Positions 44,983 through 54,326 of a stretch of 64,000 bases of DNA are shown here, piece by piece; positions within the stretch are counted from its first letter, which is position 1, and the number at the start of each line of letters is the position of its first letter. This stretch comes from a virus. A program made the position numbers and the translations under genes. The notes below the pieces were generated by a model. That model saw only the letters and a list, made by a program, of their open reading frames with translations. It did not search any database and was not told the DNA's origin. The stretch lies in IMG/VR virus record IMGVR_UViG_3300027749_000038. The stretch is one strand, 5' to 3'.

Positions 44983-45590
44983 ATGCTCCATCCAAAAACA
45001 CTTTAGACTTGTTACTAGAATATGAGGTTGGTGGAGGCCAATCTTATTACAATAAAAAACTTTCTAGATTTACTTGGCCGGGTGGAGCCAGTGGACCTAC
45101 TATAGGAATTGGTATAGATACTGCTTATTATACTTCAAAAGAGTTAGAAGAATTATTTAATTTTTTACCACAAGATCAAATTGAATTAATCCAAAAAGCC
45201 CCGGGAAAGACTGGAGCTCGAGGTAAAGAGTATACTTTAATTTTAAGAAAAGCAAACATAGTGGTTACCTGGGATCATGCAATGGAAATTTTTAATAAAT
45301 TAACTTGGACTAAATTTTCGAAAGCTGCTGAAAAAACTTTTCCCGGATTGTCAGATCTTCATGAAGATGTTTATGGGGCTATTGTATCTTTGGTTTTTAA
45401 TAGAGGCACTAGTTTAGCTGGAGATACTCGCCGAGAAATGAGAGTCATTAAAATGTTAGTTCCAACAAAAAATTATGATAGAATATCTCAAGAGTTTAGA
45501 TCCATGAAACGCATATGGGAAGGTAAGGGGTTAGACGGTTTATTGCGCCGGAGAGATGCTGAAGCAGATTTGATTGAGAGTTGTGCTTAA
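44979..45590 (+). CDS. endolysin, lysozyme/muramidase fold
   Basis: LLEYEVGG, SGPTIGIGID, ALVSLVFNRG-like, GLLRRRDAEADL. Confidence 0.85.
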   Translation: MNAPSKNTLDLLLEYEVGGGQSYYNKKLSRFTWPGGASGPTIGIGIDTAYYTSKELEELFNFLPQDQIELIQKAPGKTGARGKEYTLILRKANIVVTWDHAMEIFNKLTWTKFSKAAEKTFPGLSDLHEDVYGAIVSLVFNRGTSLAGDTRREMRVIKMLVPTKNYDRISQEFRSMKRIWEGKGLDGLLRRRDAEADLIESCA

Positions 45591-45793
45591 TCTTTATGTT
45601 TGGTGTAACAAAGGAAAGAGATCTTTTTTTTCAAAATTTATCCAATAACGTTTTTTCTTTAATGTCTGATATAGTTTCAGATGAAGATAAACGAGTTGGA
45701 TATGAAGAACCTGTAAAAAAAAGTTTAGTGACATCTTTGTCAGTAGAAGATGCTATAAAAGAGTTGATAGAACTTGAAAAGAAATTAAAATAA
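45581..45793 (+). CDS. hypothetical protein (start uncertain)
   Basis: Fills the gap between the endolysin and the next ORF. Confidence 0.45.
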   Translation: MCLIFMFGVTKERDLFFQNLSNNVFSLMSDIVSDEDKRVGYEEPVKKSLVTSLSVEDAIKELIELEKKLK

Positions 45794-45796
45794 GAT

Positions 45797-46123
45797 ATGG
45801 ATATAACTGAACATGTCTTATTTAAAATTATAGAAAAATACACAGAATATTTTTTGAAAAATTTTGGAGCAACTTCTTCAATTATCTATGACAGAACAAA
45901 GGGATCTTATTATGTATCAGAACATTTTTTAGAAGTTGAAGTCTTTTGGGGAGATAGTGGCTATCTTACAAAACAACCAGATACTATTTTTAAATTAGCA
46001 AATGAATGCACTTCTATGATCGCTGATATTCAAGAAGCTGGTGGATATATGGTAGAGCCTCTTTTTGAAAATCGGAAAGGAAAACCACTTATGGCTACTG
46101 CCATTTTTTTCCATCAGATGTAG
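45797..46123 (+). CDS. hypothetical protein
   Basis: 108-aa ORF. Confidence 0.7.
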   Translation: MDITEHVLFKIIEKYTEYFLKNFGATSSIIYDRTKGSYYVSEHFLEVEVFWGDSGYLTKQPDTIFKLANECTSMIADIQEAGGYMVEPLFENRKGKPLMATAIFFHQM

Positions 46124-48772
46124 TTATACCTTAAAAAATTCTTTAAAAGATATAACACCTTCAGTCAACGGTAATCCCATTCCTTCTTTAGTTGCTTGAT
46201 ATAATGTTTTGCCGTCTACAGTTATATTATTAGAAACTCCTGTGGCTTGTTGAAATCCTTGTTCATTATTTTCTGAAGCCATTTTACGTGCTAAAGAACC
46301 GGAGATACCACTTATACCTTCTGTGGCATCTGGATCTCGATCTCCGCTGCTTACAAAAGTCAAAGCAACTTGTTCACGACCTTTCGGATCTGTATTAAAG
46401 TCTTTAGAACGGACTGGTCCACTATTCCAAGAAATTAATATTTTTTCAAGACTTCCTGGATTATCACCCAAGCGATCTGAACCAGCCACAAAGATCATAT
46501 TTCGAAATCCTTTTCTATACAAATAATTTGCAGCATAAATGGGATTCAAAACTTTTTCATCCACCATATAAGAGGCATACTCGGGATATATTTTCTTAAC
46601 AAATTCAGCTTTTGTTTCTGGATTCAATGGATCTTTTTTAGAATTTTGAGTATTACTTAAAAATATAAAAGAATTATTTCCACCTTCTTGAATAGTTTTC
46701 TTCATCAATGCACTGTGGCCTAATGTGGGCGGATTCATTCTTCCGAAACAAAATGCTGCTGGAGTCATTTGTCTCTTGGCTACTAACTCATCTTCATTGT
46801 TGGCGTTCTTTGCAAAGTTGGCTCTGCTGAAACCGAGGCGATCAATTAACTTTAATTTATCTTTACCAGCTCCAAAAACATATCCTTCATGTGAGTCTTC
46901 TTCACCGATGCGAGCTTGAATAGGAAGACCAAATTGCTGCAAATCTATTTGCCTCTTAATATTAATTTTAAGATCTGTAAGAGCTGCCCAAATAGACCAC
47001 ACCCCTAGAAGTCCTGCCGCTCCTTCTTTATACAGCCAACCATCTTTATTGGTTCCTAATAATTTTAAAGAAGCTCCTTCTGATAATTTGGTTTTAAGAA
47101 ATGTTAAAAATCTAGGGACTATATTTTCAGCTAAGTTGTTTTCACTTAACATAAACGTAATAAATGGTCCCATGGCTGAGATAACACTTTTAGCTTTCAT
47201 TTCTGCTATCTCTTCCAGGAATCTCTCTACTGTCGCCTTGTGTTGTTGTATAACTCCTTTAGTGTAGTTTAATATATTTTCTGATAAGGCTATTTTAGGT
47301 TTTTCTTCAATCTCTCCAACTAAAAATGTTATTCCTTCATCTTGTTTTAAACCTTGTAAACCTCTTAGAGGTCTGTCTTCTGCACCCATTCCAGGCACAA
47401 AAGTGTGTACGGCTATACCACCTACACTTCGGGAAATACGATGACCTATAGTAGAATCTATTTTAACTCTGTATTTTACAGTATTAGGTTCAAAGGAATA
47501 ATACCCACTTTCTGTTTTAGGCATTCCAGACCACATTAAATCTCCGAAAAAATACTCATCTTCTTTTTGAGGTACACATCTTTTTAGAGACGGTACCATA
47601 ACTGTAGCAGCTTCCCAAAGACTTTGTCTAGTGGCTCCTCTTGATTTATCATATTCTTCTATGGTAGTAAATTCTAATTTACCTTTAACCATCTTATCAA
47701 ACATGTGTTTATCTACAAACAAAAACTGGCCTTCTGGATTAGTTTTTGTTGGTTTTTGCTTCCAACCAAAAATAACAGCTGGAAAACCATCCCACTTAAT
47801 AGTAACTGTATCACTATTCTTAACTAAAGAAGCCAATTCTTTAAATGTCTTTTCAGCTCCAGCAACACCTCCTTTGATAATACTATCTTCCGGATGCTCG
47901 ATGCCTTCCAACAATACTTTTGAAGCCGCGAAATAACTTTCTTGTGGATTGGGATAAAATTCTTTAATAGCATTCCATTTTTCTGGTTGGTTTATTAATT
48001 TATTTTTAATACCGGAGAGACTTGCTAAGTCTCTAGCGGTTGCATCTAAACCTAATAGAATCTGGGCAATTTTGTTTTTATCATCTGCTACTACTTGATT
48101 AGTATCTCGGTCCACTAAACCTCTATCTGGACTAAATTGTAAATTACCCTTTTCTTCTTTGGTTTTAGGGTCTATAAAAATAGTTTTACTGGCTAGTTTT
48201 GCTAAAAGTGGATAAATCTTCAACCAAAGATCTCCTCCCCTCATAGCAGAATCTTTAGTAAAATCATGTGTATGTATTTCCCAAGCTGATTTAGGTCTCA
48301 AGATTAAATCTACTGAATGGCTTCTGTCATTGACTGTATACTGCAAAGTCAAAGTACCAGGGGCGGTTTTATAACCATTTTCAGACATGTATTTTGCCAA
48401 CTCCCATTTACTGGCCTTTAAACGTAATTCATTTTCGTCTCCTGGAGGTTTTTTGTATTTAGGCCCAGCTTGTTGTTTGAGCTCGCCTAAATATTCGTTA
48501 ATATCTTTTGGAAACTTTTGAACCAATTCTATAGGATCTATTAAAATATCAATATCCCCTGAGTCTTCTCTGCCTCCTCCACCATATGGATGTTCGGGGT
48601 CAAAACTACCAGCACCTCCAGCAGACCAATAAGAATGTAAACCTGCTTTTTGAAGAATGGGTTGCAGAATTGATTTAGCTGTTAAAAAGTCTTGTTTATT
48701 TACACGAGACAATTCTATGCCTTGTTTTGCTAAAATTTTGCCAGCCTCGGTAAAAAATTCTTTAAAATTCAT
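46124..48772 (-). CDS. three-domain fusion: Pol-beta-like NTase + ATP-dependent ligase-like (DUF6267-type) + HIGH-family cytidylyltransferase-like
   Basis: GAGS..DSGDIDIL..SVDL; TIKWDG, FGDL, EGYV, KLK; FGRMNPPTLGH, VAGSDR, ISGS..R; MNFKEFFTE leader. Confidence 0.75.
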   Translation of the reverse strand: MNFKEFFTEAGKILAKQGIELSRVNKQDFLTAKSILQPILQKAGLHSYWSAGGAGSFDPEHPYGGGGREDSGDIDILIDPIELVQKFPKDINEYLGELKQQAGPKYKKPPGDENELRLKASKWELAKYMSENGYKTAPGTLTLQYTVNDRSHSVDLILRPKSAWEIHTHDFTKDSAMRGGDLWLKIYPLLAKLASKTIFIDPKTKEEKGNLQFSPDRGLVDRDTNQVVADDKNKIAQILLGLDATARDLASLSGIKNKLINQPEKWNAIKEFYPNPQESYFAASKVLLEGIEHPEDSIIKGGVAGAEKTFKELASLVKNSDTVTIKWDGFPAVIFGWKQKPTKTNPEGQFLFVDKHMFDKMVKGKLEFTTIEEYDKSRGATRQSLWEAATVMVPSLKRCVPQKEDEYFFGDLMWSGMPKTESGYYSFEPNTVKYRVKIDSTIGHRISRSVGGIAVHTFVPGMGAEDRPLRGLQGLKQDEGITFLVGEIEEKPKIALSENILNYTKGVIQQHKATVERFLEEIAEMKAKSVISAMGPFITFMLSENNLAENIVPRFLTFLKTKLSEGASLKLLGTNKDGWLYKEGAAGLLGVWSIWAALTDLKINIKRQIDLQQFGLPIQARIGEEDSHEGYVFGAGKDKLKLIDRLGFSRANFAKNANNEDELVAKRQMTPAAFCFGRMNPPTLGHSALMKKTIQEGGNNSFIFLSNTQNSKKDPLNPETKAEFVKKIYPEYASYMVDEKVLNPIYAANYLYRKGFRNMIFVAGSDRLGDNPGSLEKILISWNSGPVRSKDFNTDPKGREQVALTFVSSGDRDPDATEGISGISGSLARKMASENNEQGFQQATGVSNNITVDGKTLYQATKEGMGLPLTEGVISFKEFFKV

Positions 48773-48832
48773 ACTATAAGAATGTATCTATTTAGTCTAT
48801 TTTACTATAAATATAGTATAGAAATAAAAACT

Positions 48833-49015
48833 ATGCCATACAAAATAAGAAAAAAGGGAAAGGGTTATAAGGTTTGCAAAACTTCTGGAAAATGTTATAG
48901 TAAAAAACCACTTTCTAAAAAAATGGCTCAAAAACAAAGAGCTGCCATAGCTATTAACACTTATGAGAAATTTAATTATTTCTCCAATTTAATTGAATCA
49001 GTTTTAAATGAATAA
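48833..49015 (+). CDS. small basic protein (MPYKIRKKGKGYKVCK...), possibly DNA-binding virion protein
   Basis: Very Lys-rich; late motif upstream. Confidence 0.7.
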   Translation: MPYKIRKKGKGYKVCKTSGKCYSKKPLSKKMAQKQRAAIAINTYEKFNYFSNLIESVLNE

Positions 49016-49172
49016 CTATCCTCAAGGAGTTGTCTGTATAAAAGACCATCCAACACTAAAATTCGGTCAAATTGTTTTAGTGATAGAAGTTACTGCAGAT
49101 TTGTATAAAGTCAAAGCAGATAAAAAATCAGCTCCTACTATAATAAGCAAAAAAGATTTAAGAATGCAATAG
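49008..49172 (+). CDS. 54-aa hypothetical protein
   Basis: Read manually; overlaps the upstream stop. Confidence 0.55.
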   Translation: MNNYPQGVVCIKDHPTLKFGQIVLVIEVTADLYKVKADKKSAPTIISKKDLRMQ

Positions 49173-49202
49173 ATTTTTAATAATCTTAATCCATAATAAA
49201 GA

Positions 49203-49721
49203 ATGGATAAAAATGTTAAAACTCTTATCAATCAAACAGACATCCGTAATGTTATTAAGGGTTTGGGTACTACTATTTCTTATGATTACAGAAACAAAGA
49301 TCTGAATGTCGTTTGTTTATTAGAAGGCAGTTTGGTTTTTACAGCCAATCTTTTATTGCAAATTAAGATTCCAGTCAATCTTTATTCTATTAAAGTTACT
49401 AGTTATGAAGGTAAAACCAGCACCGGAAAACTTAGTTACAATGTAAAAGACCTCGATTTTTGTAAAGATAAGGACATTCTACTCATAGACGATATTTTAG
49501 ATTCGGGATTAACATTGTCTACAGTGGTTTCTGAAATGGAACAAGCTGGAGCACACTCCGTTAGAACCTGTGTACTTCTCAATAAACAAGTAAATAGATC
49601 TGTTAATATTGTTCCAGATTATAAAGCCTTTGATATTGATAATGAATTTGTGATAGGATATGGCATGGATTATAATGGATTATATCGTAATTTGCCTTAT
49701 ATTGGAGTGTTGAAAGGATAA
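49203..49721 (+). CDS. hpt: hypoxanthine phosphoribosyltransferase
   Basis: PRPP motif LLIDDILDSGLTL, LLNK, FVIGYGMDY...RNLPYI. Confidence 0.92.
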   Translation: MDKNVKTLINQTDIRNVIKGLGTTISYDYRNKDLNVVCLLEGSLVFTANLLLQIKIPVNLYSIKVTSYEGKTSTGKLSYNVKDLDFCKDKDILLIDDILDSGLTLSTVVSEMEQAGAHSVRTCVLLNKQVNRSVNIVPDYKAFDIDNEFVIGYGMDYNGLYRNLPYIGVLKG

Positions 49722-49729
49722 ATAAAATT

Positions 49730-50005
49730 ATGAAGTTTAATGAAATTGCAAATCAAATTATAGCAGAAGCCGGGACAGATATCAATTCTGGAAATTGGGA
49801 TTTAGGTCCAGAACCCCGGAATTATTCTCCAAAATATACAAGACGTCAAGAACAAACTACCGGAGAAGGAGAAACTTGGGACATTACTGATTTAGAAACC
49901 AACAAGGTGGTTTATTCTTGTGGTTCCAAAGAAGACTGCTATGCTTGGTGTAAGAAACAACCTAAATCTAAAAACTTTTCCTTTCGTAAAGTTAAAAATT
50001 CTTAA
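49730..50005 (+). CDS. late small protein with leader MKFNEIANQIIAE|AG
   Basis: ATAAATA 5 nt before ATG. Confidence 0.7.
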   Translation: MKFNEIANQIIAEAGTDINSGNWDLGPEPRNYSPKYTRRQEQTTGEGETWDITDLETNKVVYSCGSKEDCYAWCKKQPKSKNFSFRKVKNS

Positions 50006-50048
50006 CAGTTGATTTGATATTCCGTTAAACTTTCTGTATCATATTACT

Positions 50049-50633
50049 ATGGACAGAAAACATTTAGAACAAGAAGTTGTATTGATTCTCAACAAAAATT
50101 GGCAAGCTGTAGGAGTTAAAAATCCTCTAGAGGCTATATCCATGATGTATTGTGATGCAGCAACTGGATTACATGTTGAAGGAGATAACATGACCCCTCT
50201 GTCTTGGCAGGATTGGTTAGAACTTCCAGTTGGAGAAAATGATTATGTTTCTACAGTAACAGACAAAATTAAAATTCCCAAAATTATCATATTGGCCAAA
50301 TATAATCAGGTACCACACAAGAGACCTAGACTCACCGCGAAAAATATTTGGCAACGGGATAACGGTACTTGTCAATATACTGGTAAAAAATTAACGCCAA
50401 ATGAAGGTAATATAGATCATGTGCTTCCTCGTTCTAGAGGAGGTAGAACTTCTTGGTCTAATTGTGTATTATCTCACAAAGATATTAATTCTCTCAAAGG
50501 AGATAAAACACCTCAAGAAGCTGGTTTACGATTACTCAAACAACCACGAGAACCGATAGCCATGCCTACTATTGTATATATTAAAAATCATCACAATATA
50601 GAAGAATGGAACACATTTCTACTAAAAGAATAA
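50049..50633 (+). CDS. HNH endonuclease (McrA-like, VLILNxxW family)
   Basis: RDNGTCQYTG, NIDHVLPRSRGGRTSWSNCV; TTGATA-17 bp-TATCAT-6 nt-ATG promoter. Confidence 0.88.
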   Translation: MDRKHLEQEVVLILNKNWQAVGVKNPLEAISMMYCDAATGLHVEGDNMTPLSWQDWLELPVGENDYVSTVTDKIKIPKIIILAKYNQVPHKRPRLTAKNIWQRDNGTCQYTGKKLTPNEGNIDHVLPRSRGGRTSWSNCVLSHKDINSLKGDKTPQEAGLRLLKQPREPIAMPTIVYIKNHHNIEEWNTFLLKE

Positions 50634-51049
50634 GTTGGGAAGAATATGCTTTGCGCATCGCTGAGGTGGCTTCTTTAAGATCTGAAGATTTGCGTAAAGT
50701 AGGCGCTTGTGCTTTAGACTATAGCAACCGAGTTATTGGAGTTGCATATAATGGTTTGGCTCCTGGTATTAACGTAGATTCTTCTTTTTGGAAAGATAGA
50801 GATAAAAGAAGACCTTTCATGATTCACGCTGAAGCTAATCTTTTATCGTTGTTTGAACGTAATAAATGTAAGCTCCTCGCTTGTACGTTACTTCCCTGTT
50901 CTAGTTGTGCTACTTTAATAGCCGCACACGGAATTAAAACCGTAGTTTATAAAGAATTATATAATAGAGATCAGGCAGCTTTAGATATTTTTAAATTCTA
51001 CAACATAGAATGTCTAAATATATCTAACTATGAAAGAAAAGATTTTTAA
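50606..51049 (+). CDS. dCMP deaminase
   Basis: KVGAC, AYNG, HAEAN, PCSSC. Confidence 0.9.
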   Translation: MEHISTKRISWEEYALRIAEVASLRSEDLRKVGACALDYSNRVIGVAYNGLAPGINVDSSFWKDRDKRRPFMIHAEANLLSLFERNKCKLLACTLLPCSSCATLIAAHGIKTVVYKELYNRDQAALDIFKFYNIECLNISNYERKDF

Positions 51050-52064
51050 ATACGGCTGTATTCCTCAACCAGAAGATCCAAGAGATCTTAGATATGTTAA
51101 AACATCTGCCTCTTTAAATTTTGATTCTATAGATCTTAGGCCAAATTGTTCTGATATAAAAGATCAAGGAAATCTAGGAGCTTGTTCGGCTTTTGGATCT
51201 ACAGAATTATTTAATTTTGTTCGCAACAAAAATAAATTAGTTTCTTGGAATCCATCTCCTTTATTTACATATTATTCTACGAGAAAACTTACCAATCAAG
51301 AAGCAACAGATTCTGGAGCGTGTGTAAGAGATGCATTAAAATCTACTGTGAAGGATGGAGTTGCTATGGAAAGAATATGGCCATATGACATTTCTAAATT
51401 TGCAGAAAACCCTCCTCAAGATGTCTGGGATAATGCTGAAAAACATCAGACCTTACAATATCTTAGCATAGACAGCACAGATAAAAATGCTATTTTAAAT
51501 TGTTTAAATGAAGGATATCCCTTTATTTTTGGTATTAAACTTTATCAATCTTTTAATTCTATTTCTGTACTTTTTGGTGGTCGTGTACCAGAACCTAATA
51601 GAAATACCGAAAAATTATTAGGTGGCCACTGTATGATGGCTGTAGGTTATTTAAAAAATCTAGACGGTTCTGAATCAATAATTGTTCAAAATTCTTGGGG
51701 TAAAGATTGGGGTGATCAAGGATTTTGTTATATTCCAATGAATTATTTTATGTCCAATGATACATTTGATTTTTGGACCATTAGATCCACGGAGTCTTGT
51801 GATACAGATACTCCCGACCCAACTCCAGAGCCAATAGTACCGCCGGCTCCGACTCCAATTCCTGAACCCGAGCCAATAGTGCCTCCAACCCCAACTCCGG
51901 CACCAATAGTGCCTCCAAAACCTACTCCAGAGCCAATTCCGACCCCGGAACCAATTGTGCCTCCGATTCCTGCTCCGGAAGAAACTATAAGCATCTGGAA
52001 AAAACCAGTTACTTATTTTATCATATTTTTTGTTATAGCTTCTTTATTGTTCTTATTTTTGTAA
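51030..52064 (+). CDS. papain-like C1A cysteine peptidase with Pro-rich linker and C-terminal TM anchor
   Basis: QGNLGACSAF, GGHCMMAVGY, QNSWG..WG; PEP/PTP tract; hydrophobic C-terminus. Confidence 0.88.
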   Translation: MKEKIFKYGCIPQPEDPRDLRYVKTSASLNFDSIDLRPNCSDIKDQGNLGACSAFGSTELFNFVRNKNKLVSWNPSPLFTYYSTRKLTNQEATDSGACVRDALKSTVKDGVAMERIWPYDISKFAENPPQDVWDNAEKHQTLQYLSIDSTDKNAILNCLNEGYPFIFGIKLYQSFNSISVLFGGRVPEPNRNTEKLLGGHCMMAVGYLKNLDGSESIIVQNSWGKDWGDQGFCYIPMNYFMSNDTFDFWTIRSTESCDTDTPDPTPEPIVPPAPTPIPEPEPIVPPTPTPAPIVPPKPTPEPIPTPEPIVPPIPAPEETISIWKKPVTYFIIFFVIASLLFLFL

Positions 52065-52106
52065 TAAGTTTTGTATCTTGAATTATAAATTTATAAGTAT
52101 AAAACT

Positions 52107-52538
52107 ATGCAAACCAATCAAAAAAAAGAATTAAATAATTTTGATAGTGAAGGATATGTTAAACACAATCCTTTTGGTCTGGATCATTTTGGTGCAATGG
52201 CTGAAAAATTTGCTAGATTTTTCGGTACACCAAAATTTTTAATAGGACAGTCTATATTTGTTGTTATATGGATTACCTATAATTGTTTTCAAAATTTAAC
52301 TTTTGATCCATATCCATTTATTCTTTTAAATTTAGCATTTAGTACTCAAGCGGCTTATGCTGCGCCTTTAATTTTATTAGCTCAAACCAGACAAGCCGAT
52401 AGAGATAAAGTTTGGGAAAAATCTGATGCAGAACATCGAGAATTGTTACATAAAGATTCCTCTAGAACAAATAAAGAAATACTTTTGCGTTTAGAAAAAA
52501 TAGAAGAACTTATTTTTTCTTTGAAACAAAAGAAATAA
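52107..52538 (+). CDS. DUF1003-family membrane protein
   Basis: FDPYPFILLNLAFSTQAAYAAPLILLAQTRQADRD. Confidence 0.88.
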   Translation: MQTNQKKELNNFDSEGYVKHNPFGLDHFGAMAEKFARFFGTPKFLIGQSIFVVIWITYNCFQNLTFDPYPFILLNLAFSTQAAYAAPLILLAQTRQADRDKVWEKSDAEHRELLHKDSSRTNKEILLRLEKIEELIFSLKQKK

Positions 52539-53229
52539 AATTTTCCACTGAAAGTTTTTTGTCTTGTATGTTGATTAAATGCTGGGATAGTTTGTCCAAG
52601 AGACCTTCATTTCTCAGTTTCTTAAAGACTAAATTGTCTACACCAAACTCACCGTCTTTTATTAAACCTTCCTTACGATCTTGTGAAATTTTCTTTTTAA
52701 TTTTATTCAAAAATTCTAAATTAGTATTTTTGCTAATATTATGGAGTATGAGATCCTGATATTCTTTAAATTTTTTGTGGAATAATTCTTCATCTACATT
52801 TATAGATTCTTCATCAATTAGTACTGGATGCAAAATCCATTTATTATCTAAAATACTATACACCCCAGTTGAAGTGTGTGTTTCTTCTGTATTCTGAATA
52901 TAAACTTCAACCTCTCTGCCTAAAATCTTTATGTCGTGTTCATTATTCCATAAAGATTTTTTAGCCAGTACATAATCTCTGGTTAATTCTTCTTCACATT
53001 TAACCTTACTAAACGGTACTAGAATATGTAAATCTATATCACTAGAGGAAGTATAGTTGTAATTTGCAGAAGATCCAGTTAATGTAATGTCTTCTGGTTC
53101 TTGGTCTATTTTAATAGTGTCATAAAAAGTTGCTGCTATTTCCAATAACTTTTCTTGAATCTCTGGTTTCAATACATCATTATCATCCCACAAATCTGGA
53201 TTTAATTTGTAATGAATTTGTGGCCTCAT
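52510..53229 (-). CDS. Pol-beta-superfamily nucleotidyltransferase
   Basis: TGSSANYNYTSSSDIDLHI, EVEVY. Confidence 0.8.
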   Translation of the reverse strand: MRPQIHYKLNPDLWDDNDVLKPEIQEKLLEIAATFYDTIKIDQEPEDITLTGSSANYNYTSSSDIDLHILVPFSKVKCEEELTRDYVLAKKSLWNNEHDIKILGREVEVYIQNTEETHTSTGVYSILDNKWILHPVLIDEESINVDEELFHKKFKEYQDLILHNISKNTNLEFLNKIKKKISQDRKEGLIKDGEFGVDNLVFKKLRNEGLLDKLSQHLINIQDKKLSVENFISFVSKKK

Positions 53230-54287
53230 AATTCCATTCCTTCAAATTCTGATAAATTAACCTGTGTGTCTCTAGCTCCGATCTTATAAGAGGAGATCTC
53301 AGTTTCTTGAGGAGCAACTTGAACCTTTTCTGAGTTCATAAATTGATCATACCAAGCTCCAAGAGGATTCTTTTTGATATCAAAGATTTTATTATAACCT
53401 AAAGAAGCTAAGCGATTATTGGCCAACCATTCCACATAGCCTTTGAGGATGTCTGAATTTAATCCCATCAATCCACCTTGACTAAAGAGATAATCTGCCC
53501 ATCGTTTTTCTTGTTCCACTGCCAAACCATAGACATCATATATCTTTTGGGTATTTTCCTTTACAATGTCTTGAAATCCTTCTGAAGGTTCTGTTTTAAG
53601 ATAGTGTAAGATGTTCTGAGAAACTGCTACATGAAGATTTTCATCTCTTGCAATAAATTTGATAATTTTTCCATTACCTTCCATCTTACCTCTTGCTGCA
53701 AAAAAGAAACTGCATACAAAAGAAGTATAAAAAGAAAGACCCTCTGTAATTTGGGTTGCTAATAAAGCATCAAATATTTTATTTTTAATATTTTTAGGTT
53801 CACCAAAGAAATTATCATATTCTTTTTTAATCTCATTGGCTCTGTGAACTACTTCTGTATCTTCTAAAATAGAATTCCAAAATAAAGATTCATCTGTATA
53901 AACGTTTTTGAGAATATGAGAATAGGAGCGACTATGAATATTGGATTCAAAAAATGCCCATACATTCATACAAGCTTCTAATTCTGGATTACTAACATAG
54001 CTTCCCATTTTAAGAAGACTTCTACTCAACATAGAATCGGTCATGGTTTGCCATTTCAAATTTGTATCAAATACAAATTTTTCTGATTCGGTGAGATCAT
54101 TATAGTCATTACGATCTTTAACCAAACTTACTTCATTGGCTCTCCAAAAATACTCTTCCATTCTTTCTGCGAGCTCAAATAATTTTGGATACTTGAGCTG
54201 GTCATATCGTTGAAGGGCTAGGGGTTCTCCGAGAAACAATGGTTGTAGGCGTGTATCAATGTTTTTAGTGTTTAAGACGGTAGACAT
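53226..54287 (-). CDS. nrdB: ribonucleotide reductase class Ia beta subunit
   Basis: FWRANE, ESNIHSRSY, EGLSFY, IARDENLH, VAPQETE. Confidence 0.95.
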   Translation of the reverse strand: MSTVLNTKNIDTRLQPLFLGEPLALQRYDQLKYPKLFELAERMEEYFWRANEVSLVKDRNDYNDLTESEKFVFDTNLKWQTMTDSMLSRSLLKMGSYVSNPELEACMNVWAFFESNIHSRSYSHILKNVYTDESLFWNSILEDTEVVHRANEIKKEYDNFFGEPKNIKNKIFDALLATQITEGLSFYTSFVCSFFFAARGKMEGNGKIIKFIARDENLHVAVSQNILHYLKTEPSEGFQDIVKENTQKIYDVYGLAVEQEKRWADYLFSQGGLMGLNSDILKGYVEWLANNRLASLGYNKIFDIKKNPLGAWYDQFMNSEKVQVAPQETEISSYKIGARDTQVNLSEFEGMEL

Positions 54288-54326
54288 ATTTATACTTAGT
54301 TTAATTTATAACTATAAAATTTCAAA

